DNA of 64,000 nucleotides from Candidatus Saccharimonadota bacterium (GTDB lineage Bacteria; Patescibacteriota; Saccharimonadia; CAILAD01; BJGX01): NCBI GenBank assembly GCA_016191105.1, contig JACPPH010000003.1, positions 15,492 to 79,491 of the forward strand, read 5' to 3'. Shown piece by piece: positions 60,360 to 64,000 of this stretch (position 1 is its first letter; each line of letters starts with the position of its first letter). The notes under the pieces were generated by a model. It saw only the letters and a program-made list of their open reading frames with translations, ran no database searches and was not told where the DNA came from. The position numbers and the translations under genes were made by a program.

Positions 60360-61907
60360 ATGAAGCCCAGTCAATCCAAGCGGGTAACGGGGGTTCATTA
60401 CCTCCTTGCCTTGGTGTTGATCATGATTGCGGTCGTAACCGCATGCAACCCAATCATCGTTCTGCCGCCCGACCCAAGCACCACCACCAGCTCGAGCACT
60501 AGTAGCACCACAACTGCTCCACCAATTGTGCCAAGTGGCCAAGGTATGAACGTGCTGGTGATGCTCACCGACGACCAAGGCTGCGATCAGCACGCCACTG
60601 CAGCTCGACCGAACCCGGTACGCTGCGACACAGTCGATGCCTACATGAAGTTCCTGGCCTCGGAGCCAGGTGGGTCGTGGTGGAACTCCACCCAAACTCG
60701 CTACCAGGGAGTGCTCTGCTGCCCCGATCGGACATCGATCCTGACCGGGCAAACCATCGCCCACACTGGCCAGTATGGCAATGGCGTCTGTGTGGCAGAG
60801 AAAGCCGGCGAGTTACCCGAACCATGGCGCACTGCAGGCTACGCCACTGGCTACTTCGGCAAGTACAAGAACTGCTATCCAGGTAGCTCTTGTGCCAAGC
60901 CAATACCATCCGGCTGGGAGCGCTGGGTAGTAGACAGAGCAGCCCCGTCGGGCTACAACTTCGACTACTGCGACCAAGATACTGGCCCGTTCACAGTTGC
61001 ACAGAACGGTAACTCGACCTGGTCGAGTTACTGGTACGGCGATCGTGCCATCGAGTGGATCAACCAGCAGCAAGCGGCCGGACGGCCGTGGTTCACCTTC
61101 TACGCACCATATGCTCCGCATCTTGGTGCAAGCGGCCCGACCGACATTGGCGGGTGGACCACGCCGGCAAATCTGCCCAACTACCGCGAAGGTAATTGCA
61201 AGGGAGCACTGAACACCGATGATTCGGATAAGCCCAGCTTTATCCGAGACAACACCTGTGCTGGCTCCCGCAATGCCGAGGAGGCCGTTAAAGGCCAAGT
61301 GGGCTTGGACAATGAGTTCAAGAAGCTGTACAACAACTTGGCCGCCACCGGCCAGCTCAATAACACCATCATCTTGTTCATGGGCGACAACGGTATGGGC
61401 CTCGGCTCGCACAAGGTGTCCAAGAAGCAGTGTGCCTACGAAGAATGCCTAACCAATCCGCTAATGCTGCGGTTGCCAGGCTCCAGCGGCGGCACGCTGA
61501 ATCGGATGATCAGCAATGTTGATGTCTACCCGACGTTGCTGGAGCTGACCGGCCTCACCACAGCTCTGCCCGCCGATGGGCGCTCGTTTGTGCAGCTGAT
61601 GCGCGGTGACACCACTGGTTGGCGAACCGATCAGTACAGCCAAAACGGGGTGCCCAGCAGCGCCTCAGCGGACGACTTCGACCTAGTTCGCGATGACTGT
61701 GCGGTGCGCACCCCGTGCTACAAGTACACGCAGTACCGCGGCGGTGAACGTGAGCTTTACAACCTCACCGACGATCCGTACGAGTTGGTCAACTTGCTTC
61801 CCAACCCAGTCACCGGCTATGCCGGTCAGCCCGGGTGGGATGACAACAACCCGGTAGTGGTCGAGCTCAAGGCTCGGCTGGCAGCGCATCTGTCAGCTGG
61901 CGCCTAA
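60360..61907 (+). CDS. Formylglycine-dependent sulfatase (arylsulfatase family), probable lipoprotein, on a GC-rich (~60%) island
   Basis: Sulfatase signature C-x-P-x-R in LCCPDRTSILTGQ. Motif II GYATGYFGKY. N-terminal signal with a lipobox-like AVVTAC. GGGGGAG SD. The longest ORF starts at 60264. Confidence 0.85.
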   Translation: MKPSQSKRVTGVHYLLALVLIMIAVVTACNPIIVLPPDPSTTTSSSTSSTTTAPPIVPSGQGMNVLVMLTDDQGCDQHATAARPNPVRCDTVDAYMKFLASEPGGSWWNSTQTRYQGVLCCPDRTSILTGQTIAHTGQYGNGVCVAEKAGELPEPWRTAGYATGYFGKYKNCYPGSSCAKPIPSGWERWVVDRAAPSGYNFDYCDQDTGPFTVAQNGNSTWSSYWYGDRAIEWINQQQAAGRPWFTFYAPYAPHLGASGPTDIGGWTTPANLPNYREGNCKGALNTDDSDKPSFIRDNTCAGSRNAEEAVKGQVGLDNEFKKLYNNLAATGQLNNTIILFMGDNGMGLGSHKVSKKQCAYEECLTNPLMLRLPGSSGGTLNRMISNVDVYPTLLELTGLTTALPADGRSFVQLMRGDTTGWRTDQYSQNGVPSSASADDFDLVRDDCAVRTPCYKYTQYRGGERELYNLTDDPYELVNLLPNPVTGYAGQPGWDDNNPVVVELKARLAAHLSAGA

Positions 61908-62041
61908 GCAGTTATAGCCAACGGGGTATTAGGACCGGGTGGACATTCCTTGTCTACCCGGTCCTCCCCGGGGCGAACTTACAAGACGCTCTACGTTACA
62001 CCAACGTGGGGCTGTTTTTTAATTGAGCGTACAAACTCTAA

Positions 62042-64000
62042 CTACAATGCCCGCCAATCAAATAACTTGTTGGTCTGCTCGGCAGAAGAGAGCTCAATCT
62101 CAAAACCAGCATTTGTTACATTGGTTACCCGATATTTGGTATTCAAGAAGTCGTGAGGAGTTAAAGCAATATTAGGAGCGCTAGCAAAGTTGCTCATAAA
62201 CGCTACACGAGTAGTGGTTTGACCAGCCGGCACTGTGGTTGAGCCAGTATTATTTTTGCTTAACTCTATCCGGCCGGTAGATTTAACCACCCCCTCAAAC
62301 TCCGCTCCGCCGCTAAACTGCACATTACCACTCAAAGTAGTTGGATCCGTTACAGTAGTTGGACCCGTTACAGTTAGGCCTTTGCTAATAGTGGCTGGTT
62401 GGGTAATGGTTAAAGCACTGGGGTTTGAGGTGTTAATAGCAGTGTTCAGAGCGTTTATCTTGCCAGCAGCGTCTTTTAAGCCCATGATCGTAAAGGTTAG
62501 TAATCTACCCTGGTTAATCATCTTGTACCCAGTAGTGGGGTCGGTGCTGACAGCTTCGGGGTAGATTTGTTCGACATCTTGAGCAATAAAGCCATATTGT
62601 AAGCTTCGGTCGCCACTGGCTTCGGCCGTCCAATTGTAGGTGACTGGTCGCAGTGCACCAACCTTTTCGAGACTCCCCAGCGTATCTAGGCTAACAATAT
62701 TGGTCTTGAGCCGCTCGTCTGAGGAGCAAGACCAGCCAGTGCCGACTGCCACAGTACATTGATTGGTGCCATTACTACCAGTGAATTTGGCGACGTTGGT
62801 GTTGGCTCCAGTGTCGACACCAAATAATTGTTGTCCACCGGCGCTTAAGACCTGAAACGCCGTAAAACTACTGCTCGTATTGGCAGTATTCTGAAAGGTG
62901 GCATAACCGGTACCGCCAGCAAAGCTCGCTACAGTGGAAAGACTGCGTAAAGTACTGCCGCTAGCCCCAGCGGCAGAGGTTTGGAAGTTAATAGCCCCGC
63001 CAATGGCTGAACCCGTGCCTCTACCATGTACCAATAAGCATAGTGGTGGAGGCTACTCCAGATTGACCGCCGCCAAATACAATTACATTTGTGTTGGTGC
63101 TAGTTGACCCCTGGCCAATAATAACACTGCCTGCTGAGGCGTTAGTGCTTGGACCAAAAACAACACTATTAGAACCGGTTGTTTTAGCGTTAGCTCCAAA
63201 AATAACATTGTTATCAGCTGCGCCAGTATCCACAGCGTTATAGCCAAATAGAACAATATTTTGAGCATTAGCAACACCAGTTGCTAATCGACCAATAGCC
63301 GTAGTTCTATCTGACAGTCCGCCACTGGCCACAGAGGCACCGTTGCCAACCGCCAACGTGTTGCTTGATGATGCCGAAGCACCTGAGCCCCAGTTTTCGT
63401 TGGTAGCATTAGTGCCAGGCACACTAATGGTAGCGCTATTAGAGCCCGTTAACACACCAGCCGAATTGAGTGTGAAATAGGTAGTGAGCGTGTTGGCAGT
63501 TGAGCTAGAAACACCGCTAGCAGGGCTCGTTTGAAAAACAATACTACCGCCAGCAGCTGCTGCCACCACCCCCCGTTGCCGAATAATTTATCCCTAGACC
63601 CGGGCTGCTATTTGTAACACCCGCACCAATAAAGACACTGGTTATGGCATTGGTGGTGCTGCCGTTAGTGCTGTCACCCACCACCAGCTGATTAGCAGCA
63701 GTGGTGCTAGCTCCAAAGCCAATCGCGATTGAGCTAGCAAAGCCGGCACTAGCGCTATTACCAAATGCTAACCCACTATTACCTGCCGATGCCGAACTAG
63801 CACCAAAATGCTCACTGTTTGTGCCAGCGCCCTTAATTGATATGGTAGCACCGTTTTGTCCGACCAACTGACATAGTTGAGCAGCCGAATTAGTACAATT
63901 AAAAGTTGTGTTAAGGACATCGCTTTGGGTCGTAATGTAGGTTGTATTGGCTGTCTTAATACTAAGAGGTTGCCCACAAGTACCTATGCAAGAACTAGTA
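62042..64000 (-). pseudogene. Gly/Ser/Thr/Asn-rich tail-fibre-like protein with C-terminal peptidase-S74 intramolecular chaperone domain; fragmented by frameshift; N-terminus beyond window
   Basis: The reading frame entering from the window end (...TCGQPLSIKTANTTYITTQSDVLNTTFNCTNSAAQLCQLVGQNGATISIKGAG...) runs to a stop at 63544. The next frame resumes at a GTG inside a G6 tract (63569-63574 on plus is C6). Removing one G fuses the two frames (ATGGGG|VVAAAAGG). The third piece (62042-63034, TTG start) carries SSDERLKTNIVSLDTLGSLEKVGALRPVTYNW...GFIAQDVEQIYPEAV, the hallmark of the S74 chaperone / auto-cleavage domain. Confidence 0.55.

Overview
This 64-kb window looks like a chromosomal segment of a small-genome bacterium with a Gram-positive-like envelope. 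The features pointing that way are SecDF, an LCP C-terminal domain protein, an LPxTG-like sortase substrate, Lnt homologues, a compact IF-2 and a split rRNA operon. A Saccharibacteria/CPR-like lineage is my inference only. The backbone is roughly 47-49% GC.

Housekeeping genes, mostly on the minus strand: ileS (with a T-box-like leader), nrdR, ftsZ, ftsA, map, adk, dgkA, ybeY, a GatB/YqeY protein, rpsU, hisS, recJ, secDF, priA-def-fmt (plus strand), rbfA-infB-rpsA, a ROK glucokinase, and a 23S-5S rRNA operon with no 16S nearby. The 23S carries an AT-rich insertion of about 380 nt in domain I.

Accessory content is unusually rich:
- A low-GC MmeI-family Type IIL restriction-modification fusion enzyme at the left end.
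- Several GC-rich islands (55-62% GC) carrying Shine-Dalgarno-led orphan ORFs, a formylglycine-type sulfatase, and gene debris (a J-domain fragment and a cysteine-peptidase-like fragment). One island splits ftsA from ftsZ.
- Two copies of a 72-76 bp structured repeat at the right edge of two islands.
- An IS (rve) transposase remnant.
- A locus at 42-53 kb with seven paralogous membrane-anchored or secreted proteins that share a conserved N-terminal module. They are interleaved with two Lnt-like N-acyltransferase paralogues and a MacB/FtsX-type ABC transporter.
- A Gly-rich tail-fibre-like gene with a peptidase-S74 intramolecular chaperone domain, interrupted at a C6/G6 homopolymer.

I recognised no CRISPR array, tRNA or 16S rRNA.
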